Below, in pieces: positions 62,713 through 64,000 of a DNA stretch of 64,000 nucleotides (positions are counted from its first letter, which is position 1; the number at the start of each line of letters is the position of its first letter). The DNA lies in contig JBKJLC010000301.1 in the NCBI GenBank assembly GCA_046597055.1, positions 1-64,000 of the forward strand. Reading direction: 5' to 3'. A model generated the notes under the pieces. It ran no database searches. It was not told the DNA's origin and worked only from the letters and a program-made list of their open reading frames with translations. The translations under genes and the position numbers were made by a program. The stretch comes from Kofleriaceae bacterium (GTDB taxonomy: Bacteria; Myxococcota_A; Polyangia; Haliangiales; Haliangiaceae).

Positions 62713-64000
62713 TCAGGTCGCCCGGATGATCCCGCGCCACAGCAGGTGGGCGAGGTGACGGCACGCTTCGAGCCGGCCCATGCCGGCGACGTCCAGGATG
62801 TCCTCGAACGAGATCGCGCCGTCGATCCGCGACAGCAGGAAGGCTGCGCGGGTGTCGAGCGCACGGCGGGTCAGTTCTTCGTAGGTCGCGACCACCACCG
62901 GGCGGCCGGCGAGGTCACCGAAGAAGCGGTAGTAACACTCGAGGATCGCCTCGCGGCTCTTGTGGACGAGCTTCTGCGCCGACGCGAGGTCGGGGGCCTC
63001 CGACAGCGCCAGGTCGATCGCGGCGATCGCGATCGGGTGCTCGCCGGCGCGCGACGCTTGCTGGGCCTTGTCGAGCAGCGCGGCGATGCGTCGGCGGGCG
63101 CGATCGTCGGGGGCCTCGCGCGGCGGCGCGCGGTCGTCGATCGAGGCAGACAGGCCCGCGGTCAGGGCGTCCTGGACCGGCAGCGGCCGCAGGCCCCCGC
63201 CGGTGTCGCCGTCGTCGTCGACCTGCGCGGTCGAGCTGCCCGGCGGCGGCAGCACCAGCTCCTCGATCTCGACCTTGCGGCGATCGTCCTCGCGCTGGAG
63301 CCGACCCTTGAGCTCGGCGGTGTTCTGCTCCTCCTGGCGCTCGAACCGCTCGTTCTTCGGCGGCGGCTCGAGCGGCTCGATCGCCAGCTCGCCGTCGCCG
63401 TCGGTCGAGGCCGGGCCGGCCGGATCGAGCCGGGTGGAGCGGGGCCAGTGCTGGCGGGTCTCCTCCTCGGAGGTGCCCGGGCGCTCGTGCGACGCGGCCG
63501 CGTTGAGCCCGCGCAGGATCTGGGGATCGAGGCGACTGGCCGCCGAGCGCTCGATGGTCCGCTCGCCGGTGAAGTCGCTGGCCGCGTAGTCGCTGCCGGT
63601 GCTCAGCTCGATGGTCGCCTCGCCCGACTCTTCGGGCGACCGGTCGAAGCTCCCGCGGCGGCGCCGATTCGGCCCGGCCACCGTCGGTGGCTGGGCGTTG
63701 AACTCGAGGCGGGCGGGAATCCGGCCGTGCTGGAAATCGCGGGTCTCGTCGTCCTCGAACGGCGGCGACAGGGCCAGGTGATTGCGGTCGAGCGGCTCGA
63801 GGTCGAGCGGCCCGGGGACCAGCGCGGGCCGCCGCTCCGAGTACAGGGTCGGCTCGCCCTCGGCCTCGAGGCCCCAGCCGTCGTCGACGCCGACCAACAA
63901 CGGTGCGGGCTCCGGCAGCGGATCGCCCTCCTGGCTGATCGAGATCTCGTACTCGGCGCCGTCGGCGAAGTCGTCATCGTCGCCGCGGCCCAGCCCGAAC
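62713..64000 (-). CDS. Partial myxobacterial hypothetical protein (acidic region + C-terminal wHTH-like domain)
   Basis: Frame open to the window edge; C-terminal LDTRAAFLLSRIDG...EDILDVAGMGRLEA. Confidence 0.85.
   Translation of the reverse strand, partial: FGLGRGDDDDFADGAEYEISISQEGDPLPEPAPLLVGVDDGWGLEAEGEPTLYSERRPALVPGPLDLEPLDRNHLALSPPFEDDETRDFQHGRIPARLEFNAQPPTVAGPNRRRRGSFDRSPEESGEATIELSTGSDYAASDFTGERTIERSAASRLDPQILRGLNAAASHERPGTSEEETRQHWPRSTRLDPAGPASTDGDGELAIEPLEPPPKNERFERQEEQNTAELKGRLQREDDRRKVEIEELVLPPPGSSTAQVDDDGDTGGGLRPLPVQDALTAGLSASIDDRAPPREAPDDRARRRIAALLDKAQQASRAGEHPIAIAAIDLALSEAPDLASAQKLVHKSREAILECYYRFFGDLAGRPVVVATYEELTRRALDTRAAFLLSRIDGAISFEDILDVAGMGRLEACRHLAHLLWRGIIRAT

Overview
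High-GC (by eye about 70-75%) bacterial chromosome segment with a clearly myxobacterial gene complement: a MYXO-CTERM-like protein, a TIGR02266-like PilZ protein, FHA-sigma54 activators, and PEGA/STPK proteins. Housekeeping genes include lon, parA/parB, recG, folD, psd, glnB-glnA, engB, rimI and coaE. The most unusual part is a ~20-kb accessory block (6303-26091). It contains a prenyltransferase-repeat protein, a pseudo-ABC ATPase/permease fusion, a microsatellite-bearing protein, MoxR-DUF58-VWA, a 1374-aa surface protein (alpha/alpha-toroid-like + PKD + Ig repeats + MYXO-CTERM-like tail), a radical SAM enzyme with a non-canonical CX14CX2C motif and a TraB-like OmpA protein. A convergent YdjY-like lipoprotein + O-methyltransferase pair closes the block. 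Other signals: a double FadR-type operator, a 61-aa acidic/AT-hook protein divergent from parAB, a decayed duplication of the recG 3' end, a CoaE-SDR fusion, a BIME-like repeat mosaic, and many apparently leaderless promoters. No rRNA, tRNA, CRISPR array or transposase was seen. All calls come from visual motif recognition; no database searches were run.
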